Assembly: GCA_048938105.1 (NCBI GenBank)
Contig: JBHLMN010000004.1
Location: 1 to 64,000, forward strand
Source of the DNA: Promethearchaeota archaeon
GTDB lineage: Archaea; Asgardarchaeota; Heimdallarchaeia; Hodarchaeales; Hodarchaeaceae
Direction: 5' to 3'
Length of the DNA: 64,000 nucleotides
The position numbers were made by a program, and so were the translations under genes. A model generated the notes under the pieces. The model did no database searches, was not told where the DNA came from, and saw only the letters and a list, made by a program, of their open reading frames with translations. This document shows, piece after piece, positions 41,029 to 50,673 of the stretch; position 1 is the first letter of the stretch, and each line of letters opens with the position of its first letter.

Positions 41029-41173
41029 CTAGAGTGATAAGAGTTTAGATATTGAAGCAAACAGCCTATTATTAACAAACAATATTGATGTCTTAATTCT
41101 ACTACAAACTCTTTTAAACTTCTCATTAGAATTTTATTCTTTGTTATTTAAACTTACATAGGAGAATTATAAA

Positions 41174-42007
41174 ATGGGATATATTACTTTTCTACCAGGT
41201 TTACCTTTGGTATGGAATTTTATCCTCGGAGCAATCGTTGCTATGATTTATATACAAGGAATTATTATGCTTATGGAAAGATTGGTTAATGGTGGAACAT
41301 TGTCATCAGATCTCTCACGAAAAGTCATCCATATTGCAGCTGGTTCTTTCATTTGGATTTGGTTGTTCATGGATACCTCGGATAAACTTACGTATATGTT
41401 AAACATTGTAGTACCGTTATTATTCTTTCTAACCTTCCTTCTCAAAGGCACTAGAGGTTCTCCAGATGATAAAGATGTTAAAACGATGACACGAACTGGA
41501 AATCCTCGTGAGTTACTCAAGGGACCGCTTTATTTCACTATTGTCATGATGGTAGCAGGTACAATTCTGTATGGAACCTATGCAGGTATGTTGATGATGG
41601 CCATCGTGGGGTGGGGTGACGGTATTGCTCCATACATTGGGCAAAGGTGGGGAAAGCGTAATTATAAGACCCTTGGCCGTGAGAAAACTCTTGAGGGTTC
41701 TGTTGGTGTCTTATTATTTAGTATTTTAGGTTGTTTAGTCTTTTATGTCCTTCTTGGGATCATTGGTGACTTAGACTTTGGTACTGATATAATTCTTGCT
41801 AATCCAGGTGATAATGTGGATTTAACAATAATCCTTGTTGTAATTGTAATCCTCGGTGTGGTTGCAATGATTATAGAAGCACTTTCGCCTTCCGATCTAG
41901 ATAATTTGTTGATCCCTGCCTCTACTTTGATCACATTATTCATCATCGACATTCTATTAGGGAATCCTTTAACAGGTTTTCTTCAAATCCTCCCTTTTAG
42001 TGTTTAA
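41174..42007 (+). CDS. CTP-dependent isoprenoid alcohol (phytol/farnesol/dolichol) kinase family protein
   Basis: SRKVIHI, ELLKGPLYF, WGDGIA..IG, KTLEGS, DNLLIP; multi-pass membrane. Confidence 0.85.
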   Translation: MGYITFLPGLPLVWNFILGAIVAMIYIQGIIMLMERLVNGGTLSSDLSRKVIHIAAGSFIWIWLFMDTSDKLTYMLNIVVPLLFFLTFLLKGTRGSPDDKDVKTMTRTGNPRELLKGPLYFTIVMMVAGTILYGTYAGMLMMAIVGWGDGIAPYIGQRWGKRNYKTLGREKTLEGSVGVLLFSILGCLVFYVLLGIIGDLDFGTDIILANPGDNVDLTIILVVIVILGVVAMIIEALSPSDLDNLLIPASTLITLFIIDILLGNPLTGFLQILPFSV

Positions 42008-42146
42008 TTTTAAAAAATAACAGGGGGTCTCATTCTATCTCTTTCTTTTATCCTAAATTAGTATAAAGGAATTATTTGTTTGAAATAAGGTTAGTAATAA
42101 TTAAATATTAGATCACTTTCAGTTTGAGATCTATTGATTATTATTG

Positions 42147-42398
42147 TTAATTCTTTTTGATCAAGATGTGCCACATATTCTGTTCATTATGATCAATATT
42201 TTCAATTAGCTGCTGTTTAAGATTCGAGATCGCTATAAGGATTTCCTTTCGAGATATTTCCTCCTTTCTTGTGCCAACGAATTTGATGATTTGGCCTTTT
42301 ATGGCATTTTTTATTGCTCTACGAGCCTTAATTAATGGAATTGGACAAGTTAAGCCTGTTACATCAATAATAAAATCAGGTTCTTCTTCATTATTCAT
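42147..42398 (-). CDS. tusA: TusA-family sulfur carrier
   Basis: IDVTGLTCPIP motif, 83 aa. Confidence 0.85.
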   Translation of the reverse strand: MNNEEEPDFIIDVTGLTCPIPLIKARRAIKNAIKGQIIKFVGTRKEEISRKEILIAISNLKQQLIENIDHNEQNMWHILIKKN

Positions 42399-42407
42399 TG
42401 AATTCTC

Positions 42408-42815
42408 TTATCCCTCTAACTCTTCTATTGATCGTCCTTTCTTCTCAAGATAATTTATTATTGCTCTTTGAAGTGCATCCACAGCTAGATTCGAACAATG
42501 CATCTTTTGTTTTGGAAGGCCGCCTAAGTCATCAGCTACTTGTTTCTTTGTAATTCTATAAGCTTCTTTTAATGTTTTACCTTTGGCAATTTCTGTTGTG
42601 TGAGAACTTGTAGCTATAGCTGCGACACATCCGAAGGTTTTGACTTTAATATCTTCAATTACGTCAGTTTCATCATTAACCTTAATATAGATCCACATTA
42701 CATCTCCACATACGGGATTTCCTATTTTCCCAAGTCCGCTGGGGTTCTCAATTTCTCCCATGTTCTTAGGATTCATAAATAATTTCATTACTTCTTCAGA
42801 ATATATATGAGCCAT
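42408..42815 (-). CDS. iscU: Fe-S cluster scaffold IscU/NifU-N
   Basis: NPKNMG, GNPVCGD, FGCVAAIA, LGGLP..KMHCS; ATG at 42815 lies 1 nt after the iscS stop. Confidence 0.93.
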   Translation of the reverse strand: MAHIYSEEVMKLFMNPKNMGEIENPSGLGKIGNPVCGDVMWIYIKVNDETDVIEDIKVKTFGCVAAIATSSHTTEIAKGKTLKEAYRITKKQVADDLGGLPKQKMHCSNLAVDALQRAIINYLEKKGRSIEELEG

Positions 42816-42816
42816 A

Positions 42817-44070
42817 TTAATCATCCTCTGCATCATCCATGTTATGATGATGGTCTTCCTCAATAATCGCTCCTTGATCCTTCATTTCTTGCCATTCCCT
42901 CATAAATTCGGCATTCATAGGACTAATTGTTCTTAATCTTTCAACAACACTAGATAGATGTTCAACAAATTGATCTATCTCTTCTTTGGTGTTGTATTTA
43001 CTTAATCCTATTCGAACACTGCCATGACTAACTTCAGTTGGTAATCCAATCGCTGAAAGAACGTGGCTTGCTTTCAATCGTTTTGAAGAACATGCTGATC
43101 CTGTAGCAATCATAAAATCAAGCAGGTCTAAGTGTAACAAGATTGATTCTCCTTCAACATAACTAATTACAACTGAAAAGTGGTTTGGAAGTCGTTTTTC
43201 TGTGTCAATTGGACCAGTAATTTGGAAATCATGGATTTTTTTCTTAAAGGTCTGCCATAAATAATCTCTCAACTCTGTAACTCTTTCATTGATTTCTGGA
43301 GAATATATTTCAACAGCTTTTGCAAAACCTACAATGCCTGGAAGGTTTTCAGTTCCACCTCGTTTTTTATTTTCCTGGAGCCCACCGTCAATAAGCTTTT
43401 GAATCTTAATACCCTTCTTAATGTAAAGTGCTCCAACACCTTTAGGCCCATGGATTAAATGACTAGTTATTGTTGCCAAGTCAACGATTGAAGCATCAAA
43501 AGGAACCTTACAAAAACTATAAGAAGCTTCGACATGAAGCGGAACATTATGATTATGACAAATAGAGGCAATTTCCTTAATATCTTCGACAGTACCGATC
43601 TCAACATTGCCATGTGGAACTGAAACTAAAAGAGGGGGATCATTACTATCACTAAGAAGTTCTCGTAGATGATTCAGGTCAATAAATCCCTCTGAATCGA
43701 CTTTTATTAATTTAACGATAAAACCAAGCTTTTCTAATGCTGTTAAACTGTCCAACACTGTGGAATGAGATACACTTGAAGCAAGAAAGGTTCTCTTTTT
43801 TTTCTTAATATTTGCTAATGCTATACCTTTCACTGCAAAGTTGTTTGATTCTGCCTGACCTGATGTAAAAACAATTTCAGATGATTTTACATTAATTTTT
43901 GCGGCAATAATCTCTCGTGCTGAATCAAGAGCTTGTTTTGCTTCAACTCCGAAAGAATGTCCATAGTCTGAACTAGGTGGGCTTATTATCTCTGTGAAAT
44001 ATGGCATCATAGCCTCAATGGCCGCTGAATCGACCCTTGTTGAAGCATTGTTATCTAAATAGACCTTCAA
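42817..44070 (-). CDS. iscS: IscS/NifS-family cysteine desulfurase homolog lacking the PLP-binding lysine
   Basis: YLDNNAST, IVFTSG..ESNN, GPKGVG, RGGTEN, TGSACSS (Cys loop), SHVL; SHLIHGPK where SxHKxxGPK is canonical. Confidence 0.88.
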   Translation of the reverse strand: MKVYLDNNASTRVDSAAIEAMMPYFTEIISPPSSDYGHSFGVEAKQALDSAREIIAAKINVKSSEIVFTSGQAESNNFAVKGIALANIKKKKRTFLASSVSHSTVLDSLTALEKLGFIVKLIKVDSEGFIDLNHLRELLSDSNDPPLLVSVPHGNVEIGTVEDIKEIASICHNHNVPLHVEASYSFCKVPFDASIVDLATITSHLIHGPKGVGALYIKKGIKIQKLIDGGLQENKKRGGTENLPGIVGFAKAVEIYSPEINERVTELRDYLWQTFKKKIHDFQITGPIDTEKRLPNHFSVVISYVEGESILLHLDLLDFMIATGSACSSKRLKASHVLSAIGLPTEVSHGSVRIGLSKYNTKEEIDQFVEHLSSVVERLRTISPMNAEFMREWQEMKDQGAIIEEDHHHNMDDAEDD

Positions 44071-44238
44071 GAAGAAAACACCTTCAATAATTCAACGTTA
44101 TATTCTTTTTGATGCCAATAACAATAGTTTATTTTAACTATTATTATACGGAAAAGATAGTAAAAAGCATAATTTTTACTCAAAAGATCAATTGTTCAAA
44201 GCTCATTGGTTACCATTGATTTTATACAACTCGAAACC

Positions 44239-45159
44239 TTAATTCATCATTCCAAGGGTCTCTTTGATAATTTTTGCTACAGCGAAAGCAGTAATATTTG
44301 ATTGATCATAATCAGGACAAAATTCTACAATATCAATGGCGAAAATAGGCAGATTTGATAATTCTTGAATAAAGTTAATTACATCACGAGTTGTTAATCC
44401 TCCTGGTTCTGGATTTCCTAAACCAGGTGCAAACGCAGGATCTAAGATATCTAGATCCATAGATAAGTAAATTTGGTCAACTGTTTGCTTGAATATTTTC
44501 TCAGTCAAGTATGCTATTGCAGCTGCTCCCTTTCTCTGGAATTCATTGCTAGTAATAGTTGTTATTCCTGAATTTTCTGCAAATTTCCTTTGTTCTTCCG
44601 TACTGGCCCGAATTCCGACTTGAATTATATTCTTTGGATTTATCTTTGTTTGATCAATAATACGTCTTATGACACAAGCGTGGGAATATATATTTCCCTT
44701 ATATTGATAGTATAAGTCAGGGTGTGCATCTAAGTAGATAATCCCTACCTTATTATCTTGAAACAGTCCCATTTGAGTAAGTGAATAGATACAGAAATAA
44801 GTTATTAGATGATCTCCTCCAAGAAATAACAATCGCGGGTTTCTCTTTACATCATAAATTCGAGTTAGAGTAGTTAAAACCTCCTTTCGGGTATTCATTG
44901 CATCATTCGTTGAGATTTCAACGTCATTAGAGTCAAATATTTGCCATTTATCCTCAATGTTTACCCCAGCTTCAGTGTAAGGATTATATAATTCACTTGA
45001 GGTTGCCTGACGGATCTTTTTTGGTGCTTTGGCACATCCTTTCCTAAAAGATGAGGAATCATCCCAAGGAATCCCTAGTGCAATTAAATTGGCTTCATCA
45101 ATATCCTCTACGGTAGCACCAAAAAAGAATGTAGAAAATATTGTTTTTGAGGAACCCAT
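44239..45159 (-). CDS. speB: Agmatinase (ureohydrolase family)
   Basis: GGDH, DAHPD, SHA, GIR, SMDLDILDPAFAPG.G.PEPGG, DIVE. Confidence 0.9.
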   Translation of the reverse strand: MGSSKTIFSTFFFGATVEDIDEANLIALGIPWDDSSSFRKGCAKAPKKIRQATSSELYNPYTEAGVNIEDKWQIFDSNDVEISTNDAMNTRKEVLTTLTRIYDVKRNPRLLFLGGDHLITYFCIYSLTQMGLFQDNKVGIIYLDAHPDLYYQYKGNIYSHACVIRRIIDQTKINPKNIIQVGIRASTEEQRKFAENSGITTITSNEFQRKGAAAIAYLTEKIFKQTVDQIYLSMDLDILDPAFAPGLGNPEPGGLTTRDVINFIQELSNLPIFAIDIVEFCPDYDQSNITAFAVAKIIKETLGMMN

Positions 45160-45255
45160 ATCCTGACATCCTTTGAAGACTGTTATATTATAAAATACAC
45201 TCTTTATTTAATATATAAAGCCAACAGTTTGACTCTGTCTTTTGAAAGGGGATTT

Positions 45256-46815
45256 TCACTTGATTATATAATTTCTTTTTTGATAACGTAATTCTTCTCC
45301 AAGAGTGTTTATTGGAATTCTTACTTGCTTCATCGTATCTCTATTTCTTATTGTAACCTGTTTATCTACCAGAGTTTTGTAGTCGATTGTGACACAGAAT
45401 GGTGTTCCAATCTCATCATGTCTTCTGTACCGTTTTCCTATTGAACCACTGTCATCATAATAAGCAATAAATCCATCTGCTTTCAGATTCTCGAAAATTT
45501 CTCGTGCCTTAGCAAATATTTTTTCATCTTTCTGTAATGGAAAAACAGAAACATCATAAGGCGCTAATCGTGGGTGGATTTTCAACACGACTCGTTTCCG
45601 TCCTTTAACAACTTCCTCAGTGTAACCTTCAGCAATTACAGTGAGTAAAATTCTACCAAGACCAACTGAAGGCTCTGCGACAACATACGGGATATATCGA
45701 ATCACACATTCATCTGTTTGTTCCATGAACTCCATTTTCGATTTTGAGAATTCTTGATGTTGGGTTAAATCAAATTGAGTTCGATTTGCGCACCCCATAA
45801 GTTCCTTCCAGCCAAAAGGGTATTTATATTCCAAATCCCAAGTGTCCAAGGCGTAATGACTTAATTCTGTTTTCATATGTTGTCTTAATCGTAATCTTTC
45901 TGATCGAATTCCTAATGCTTTAACAAACCAGCGTACAAAAATAGTAAGCCAATAGGCTTGCCATTTATTCTTGAATATCCCCTTCTCCCACGCTTCTGAC
46001 ACTGATATCTTTCTATAATCTTCTTCAAAATCTTGGTCTTGTTCTATTTGTGATAAAATATTAATTTCATATTCAGCAATTTCATCAAAATTTGGACAGT
46101 CATTCGTTTTTTCAGGATTTGAGAAGTACTCGAATTCCATAAGTTCATATTCTCTCACTCGAAAAAGAAAATTACGAGGAGAAATCTCATTTCTGAAAAC
46201 AATTCCTGTATGGGCTATTCCAAATGGCATCTTCACACGTGTGGAATCAATAACGTTTTTAAATCCAGAAAATATGAGTTGAGCATTCTCTGGTCGTAAA
46301 TAAGCAACTGAAGATGAGTCTTGTACTGGGCCAATATTTGTGGTAAACATTAAATTGAATGTGACTGGTTCACCAAGATTTCCTCCGCATTCAGGACATT
46401 GTACCACTTTTTCTTTAATAATCTTACCTAATTCATCAATTCCCATGTTTTCAGTATGGATATTCAGTTGATCTTCTACTAAATGGTCTAATCTATGTTT
46501 TTTCTTACATTTTCCCTGACAAAAAATTAGAGGGTCATTAAAACTTGTTAAATGACCTGATGCCTCCCATACCTTAGGATGAGTGATTATTGCACCTTCA
46601 TAACCCACGATATCATCACGATTGCGTACAAAATCATTCCACCATGCTTCTTTGATTCGGTTCTTTATCTCAACTCCGATGGGACCATAATCCCAAAATC
46701 CCGCTAATCCTCCATAAATATTTCCAGTAATAAATGCAATTCCAGTTTTATTCGCAAAAGCTATTATTTTTTCCAGAAATAGCTGCATTTCCTTGTCATT
46801 CTGTCCAGTTTTCAC
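45256..46815 (-). CDS. glyS: Glycyl-tRNA synthetase, homodimeric archaeal/eukaryotic type
   Basis: IYGG..GFWDYGP.G, WEASGH, LRPE.AQ, FRNEISPR, EPSVG, GSIGKRYRRHDEIGTP. Confidence 0.97.
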   Translation of the reverse strand: MKTGQNDKEMQLFLEKIIAFANKTGIAFITGNIYGGLAGFWDYGPIGVEIKNRIKEAWWNDFVRNRDDIVGYEGAIITHPKVWEASGHLTSFNDPLIFCQGKCKKKHRLDHLVEDQLNIHTENMGIDELGKIIKEKVVQCPECGGNLGEPVTFNLMFTTNIGPVQDSSSVAYLRPENAQLIFSGFKNVIDSTRVKMPFGIAHTGIVFRNEISPRNFLFRVREYELMEFEYFSNPEKTNDCPNFDEIAEYEINILSQIEQDQDFEEDYRKISVSEAWEKGIFKNKWQAYWLTIFVRWFVKALGIRSERLRLRQHMKTELSHYALDTWDLEYKYPFGWKELMGCANRTQFDLTQHQEFSKSKMEFMEQTDECVIRYIPYVVAEPSVGLGRILLTVIAEGYTEEVVKGRKRVVLKIHPRLAPYDVSVFPLQKDEKIFAKAREIFENLKADGFIAYYDDSGSIGKRYRRHDEIGTPFCVTIDYKTLVDKQVTIRNRDTMKQVRIPINTLGEELRYQKRNYIIK

Positions 46816-47389
46816 ATTAATCGCCCATAATGCTCTTTCTTGTCTAACACAGTTAGTATTTAAAATTTATTTTTATTTATAAGTTATCTTCTCTCAGAAT
46901 GATATTGTATAATTCTTTAATAGATTTTTAATGAGATTTCTTACTTTTTAAGCAAGTTTTTCCCCTTAATAAAAGAAGAATCCCTGAGATTATTTTCCTG
47001 ATGATTTTCTCTAGATGCTTTGAATTTTCTAGAAGTCATTAACTATTCAGAATTAGTTTTGAAATAGTGGTTTATATTTAAAGATTAGGATTATTTGTTA
47101 AAATTATGTTTATTTTTAGATGATAATATTAAAATTACTTTTTAATAATAAATTATTTCTTTTCGCAAGAAAATTGGATGGTTAATCTTGATATTCAGCA
47201 GATTTGTAACTTTCGAGAAGTAAACAAATAATTTTAAAATAGAAACAAGTGAATTTCTAAAAAACGTTACTTTTATACAAGAAAAATTGGATTGAAACCA
47301 AAGCAACTATAGATCATTAAGAAAATGTGATAGACCATTTATTCAGCTATATCGTTAATGTTGTAGGCATAAAATGAGGAAATTACATT

Positions 47390-49468
47390 TTGAATCGAAT
47401 TACTGAGCACCCCATTCTTTCTATCCCTGAAATGAAAGAACTAATATTCTTTTGGAATGGGAAACAGATGAGAGGATTGAAAGGAATGGTTATTTCCTCA
47501 GCATTGTTAATGAATGGTGTTACAATTTTTGGATATCATCCTAAAGATGACAGCCCCCAAGGAATTTTTTGCGCTAATAATCAATGTGCCCAATGTATGG
47601 TGATTGTTAATGGAAAACCTGTAAAGTCTTGTATGACCCTGCTAGAGGAAGGTATGAGAATACAAAGTTGTTGTGGTCTACCTGAACTCTTAGCAGATGA
47701 TTCACCAGTTAGGTTTGGAAAGACCCCCTTTGTTAAAACAGATGTTCTCGTGATAGGTGCAGGACCTGCAGGCCTATCTGCAACAAAATATCTTGGTGAA
47801 AAAGGTGTTAAAGTTATCTTAGTTGATGATAAAGATCGTCTTGGAGGGAAACTCGTCCTACAAACTCATAAGTTCTTTGGTTCCATACAAGATGTATTTG
47901 CAGGAAAAAGAGGAATTGAAATTGCCAAAATTCTAGGTAAAGCAGTAGAATCACTTTCAAATGTAGACATATGGTTATCAAGCACAGCTGTTGCCGTTTT
48001 TAGTGATAAAATAGTCGGAATCTTGAAAGGACAAGAATATACGTTAATCAAACCAAAAAAACTTCTTATTGCTACAGGAGCTAGAGAAAAAATGCTTGTA
48101 TTTCCAGGAGATATTCTTCCAGGAGTTTATGGAGCAGGAGCATTTCAAACCCTAGTTAATCGTGATTTAGTCAGATCAGCTGATAGAATATTTATTGTTG
48201 GAGGAGGTAACGTTGGATTAATTGCCGGTTATCATGCTTTACAGGCAGGGATCAATGTTGTTGGATTAGTTGAAGTATTACCCAAATGTGGAGGGTATAA
48301 AGTTCATGAAGATAAACTCCGTCGGCTGGGTGTTTCCATATATACAAGTCATACAATCCTCTCTGCTAATGGTGACGGTAAAGTAGAGTCAATCACAATT
48401 GGTAAGCTAGACCAAAATTGGAATGTTATTCGAGGTACAGAAAAATCCTTTTTGTGTGACGCCATCTTAATCGCAGTTGGATTGGATCCTGTGAATGAAT
48501 TTTATACAAAGGCTATAGAATTTGGAATGGATGCTTGGGTTGCCGGAGATGCTCAAGAAATAGCAGAGGCTTCTGCAGCAATATTTACAGGTCAAATAGA
48601 GGCACTGAAGATTCTTCATTCATTAGGAATAGAAACTGAGGAGAAGCTCAAAGAACTTGAAGAAAAAGCCCAAATTATGAAATCTCCCCCACCAAATCCC
48701 AAAATAAGAGGAATAACAACTCAGGAAGAAGGGATCTTTCCCATTTTTCACTGTAATCAGGAAATCCCTTGTAATCCTTGCACTGAAGTATGTCCTCAAC
48801 ATCAAATAAAAACTGAGAATGACATGATAACAAGTCTACCGTATTTTAAGGGAGAGAAAATGTGTACTGGATGTGGGAGATGTGTTGCAGTATGTCCAGG
48901 GTTAGCAATTTCACTAATAGACTATAGAAAAGATAAAGAAAACCCATTTGTGACCTTTCCATATGAAATGATCGAAAGAAGTGTCAATAGAGGGGAGTTA
49001 GTTACAGTAATGAGTAATGATGGAGAATTAGGTGAATTTCCTATCAAACGTATAAGGAAACTTAAAGAATACCCACGAACTCTTCTAATTACTATTAAAT
49101 TACCCAAAAAGATTGCAAAATACGCTATTGGAATAAAAATTCAATCTGATGATATTGGGGAACCATTAACAATCTATCATAAACCACCATTGGCAGATAA
49201 CGCAATTGTATGTCGTTGCGAGCGCGTAACAGCTGGAGAGATTAGAGAATGGATTCGTAGAGGAGTGAAAGATATTAATCAATTGAAAGCTCTTACTCAT
49301 GTCCAAATGGGTGCTTGTGGCGGGAAAACATGTACAGCTTTGATTAATAGGATTTTTCGGGAGGAGGATATTGATTACAGTCTGATTACTCAAGGAACAC
49401 AACGACCCTTGTTCGTTGAAGTACCATTAGAAATTTTTGCTTCTGCCAAGGAAGTGAGGGATAAATGA
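47390..49468 (+). CDS. Fused FAD/Fe-S oxidoreductase (2Fe-2S + pyridine nucleotide oxidoreductase + 4Fe-4S + BFD-like), proline/sarcosine dehydrogenase alpha-like
   Basis: FCANNQCAQC, VIGAGPAG, ATGARE, CNPCTEVCP / CTGCGRCVAVCP, CRCE...GACGGKTC. Confidence 0.88.
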   Translation: MNRITEHPILSIPEMKELIFFWNGKQMRGLKGMVISSALLMNGVTIFGYHPKDDSPQGIFCANNQCAQCMVIVNGKPVKSCMTLLEEGMRIQSCCGLPELLADDSPVRFGKTPFVKTDVLVIGAGPAGLSATKYLGEKGVKVILVDDKDRLGGKLVLQTHKFFGSIQDVFAGKRGIEIAKILGKAVESLSNVDIWLSSTAVAVFSDKIVGILKGQEYTLIKPKKLLIATGAREKMLVFPGDILPGVYGAGAFQTLVNRDLVRSADRIFIVGGGNVGLIAGYHALQAGINVVGLVEVLPKCGGYKVHEDKLRRLGVSIYTSHTILSANGDGKVESITIGKLDQNWNVIRGTEKSFLCDAILIAVGLDPVNEFYTKAIEFGMDAWVAGDAQEIAEASAAIFTGQIEALKILHSLGIETEEKLKELEEKAQIMKSPPPNPKIRGITTQEEGIFPIFHCNQEIPCNPCTEVCPQHQIKTENDMITSLPYFKGEKMCTGCGRCVAVCPGLAISLIDYRKDKENPFVTFPYEMIERSVNRGELVTVMSNDGELGEFPIKRIRKLKEYPRTLLITIKLPKKIAKYAIGIKIQSDDIGEPLTIYHKPPLADNAIVCRCERVTAGEIREWIRRGVKDINQLKALTHVQMGACGGKTCTALINRIFREEDIDYSLITQGTQRPLFVEVPLEIFASAKEVRDK

Positions 49469-50616
49469 CCGAATATGACTGCATTATCATTGGAGCGGGT
49501 AGTGTAGGAGTTCCCACGGCATTAGCAATGGGTAAAGAAGGTCTTAGGACTTTAGTACTTGATAGTGCTCCATCTGTAGGTTGTGGTGATAATAAACATG
49601 CAATTGGAGGAATAAGGGCAACCCACTCCAATAAAGGGAAAATTTGGGTATGTCAACGTTCTATAGAGATTTTTTCTGAGTGGGAGGAAAAATTTGGTGA
49701 TGATATCGAGTGGATACAAGGGGGATATTCTTTTGTGGCTTTTAATGAAGCTCATGAACATTTATTGAAAGACACTGTTCAACTCCAAAAACGATATGGA
49801 TTGAATATCGATTATCTTGAAGCAGATAAAATTAAGGAATTAATTCCAGGGATTAACGGTGGTGGACTTCTTGGAGGGACTTTTTCACCTGAGGATGGTA
49901 ATGCCTCCCCATTATTAACTATAAACGCTTTTTATCGTCAGGCGCGAAATTTTGGGGTGGAATTTAAATTTAAAGAAGAAGTAATAAATATTCAGATCAG
50001 TAAAGAACAAATTGTGTCTGTAAAAACCATCAAGGACACACATCAGTCTCAGTGTATTATAAATGCCGCAGGAGCTTGTGCAAAAGATATCGCTCAAATG
50101 ATTGGTAGTTATGTTCCAGTAGTACCTGATTCTCATGAAGCAGGTATAACAGAACCAGTTAAGCGGTTCTTTTCACCTATGGTTGTTGATATTCGGCCCT
50201 CAGAGGGATCTAAAAACTATTATTTTTATCAGAATAAAGAGGGAAAGATTATTTTTTGCCTCACCCCTCACCCTCCCATTGTTGGAACAGATAGACGAGA
50301 AACTAGCGTTTTTTTGCCACAAATTGCTAAAAGAATGATTAATTTACTTCCAAGACTCAAAAATATCAAGGTCCGACGAACATGGCGTGGATTATATCCA
50401 ATGACACCCGATGGTAATCCTATAGTAGGCCCAATAAATGAAATAAATGGGTATATCAACGCAGTTGGAATGTGCGGCCAAGGTTATATGATTGGACCTG
50501 GGATTGGTGAGGTTCTTGCACGCCTTGTGGCAAAAAAAAGCACCTCAAAAGACAGAGAAATTCTTGATGAATTTTCATTATACCGTGACTTTGTTAAAGA
50601 AGAGAAATTAAAGTAA
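49465..50616 (+). CDS. DAO-family FAD oxidoreductase, proline dehydrogenase/sarcosine oxidase beta-like
   Basis: IIGAGSVG, INAAG, W.GLY.MTPDG.PIVG, GMCGQG; ATGA overlap with the upstream gene. Confidence 0.9.
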   Translation: MTEYDCIIIGAGSVGVPTALAMGKEGLRTLVLDSAPSVGCGDNKHAIGGIRATHSNKGKIWVCQRSIEIFSEWEEKFGDDIEWIQGGYSFVAFNEAHEHLLKDTVQLQKRYGLNIDYLEADKIKELIPGINGGGLLGGTFSPEDGNASPLLTINAFYRQARNFGVEFKFKEEVINIQISKEQIVSVKTIKDTHQSQCIINAAGACAKDIAQMIGSYVPVVPDSHEAGITEPVKRFFSPMVVDIRPSEGSKNYYFYQNKEGKIIFCLTPHPPIVGTDRRETSVFLPQIAKRMINLLPRLKNIKVRRTWRGLYPMTPDGNPIVGPINEINGYINAVGMCGQGYMIGPGIGEVLARLVAKKSTSKDREILDEFSLYRDFVKEEKLK

Positions 50617-50673
50617 TGGCTCTTAAAAAGACAAAAAGTCAGAACTTCGTTTTATTTGTTTTTAGAATTTATA

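Noticed and set aside
42816-42863. N-terminal extension of IscU overlapping iscS; likewise the map extension 58847-58957 overlapping the MFS gene
   Set aside because: Artefacts of longest-ORF calling; downstream ATGs give normal N-termini.
46816-47389. 574-bp very AT-rich intergenic region as a replication origin, or a 32-aa minus-strand ORF (MTSRKFK...)
   Set aside because: No ORB-like repeats or adjacent orc1/cdc6; the ORF has no recognisable features. Probably divergent promoters.
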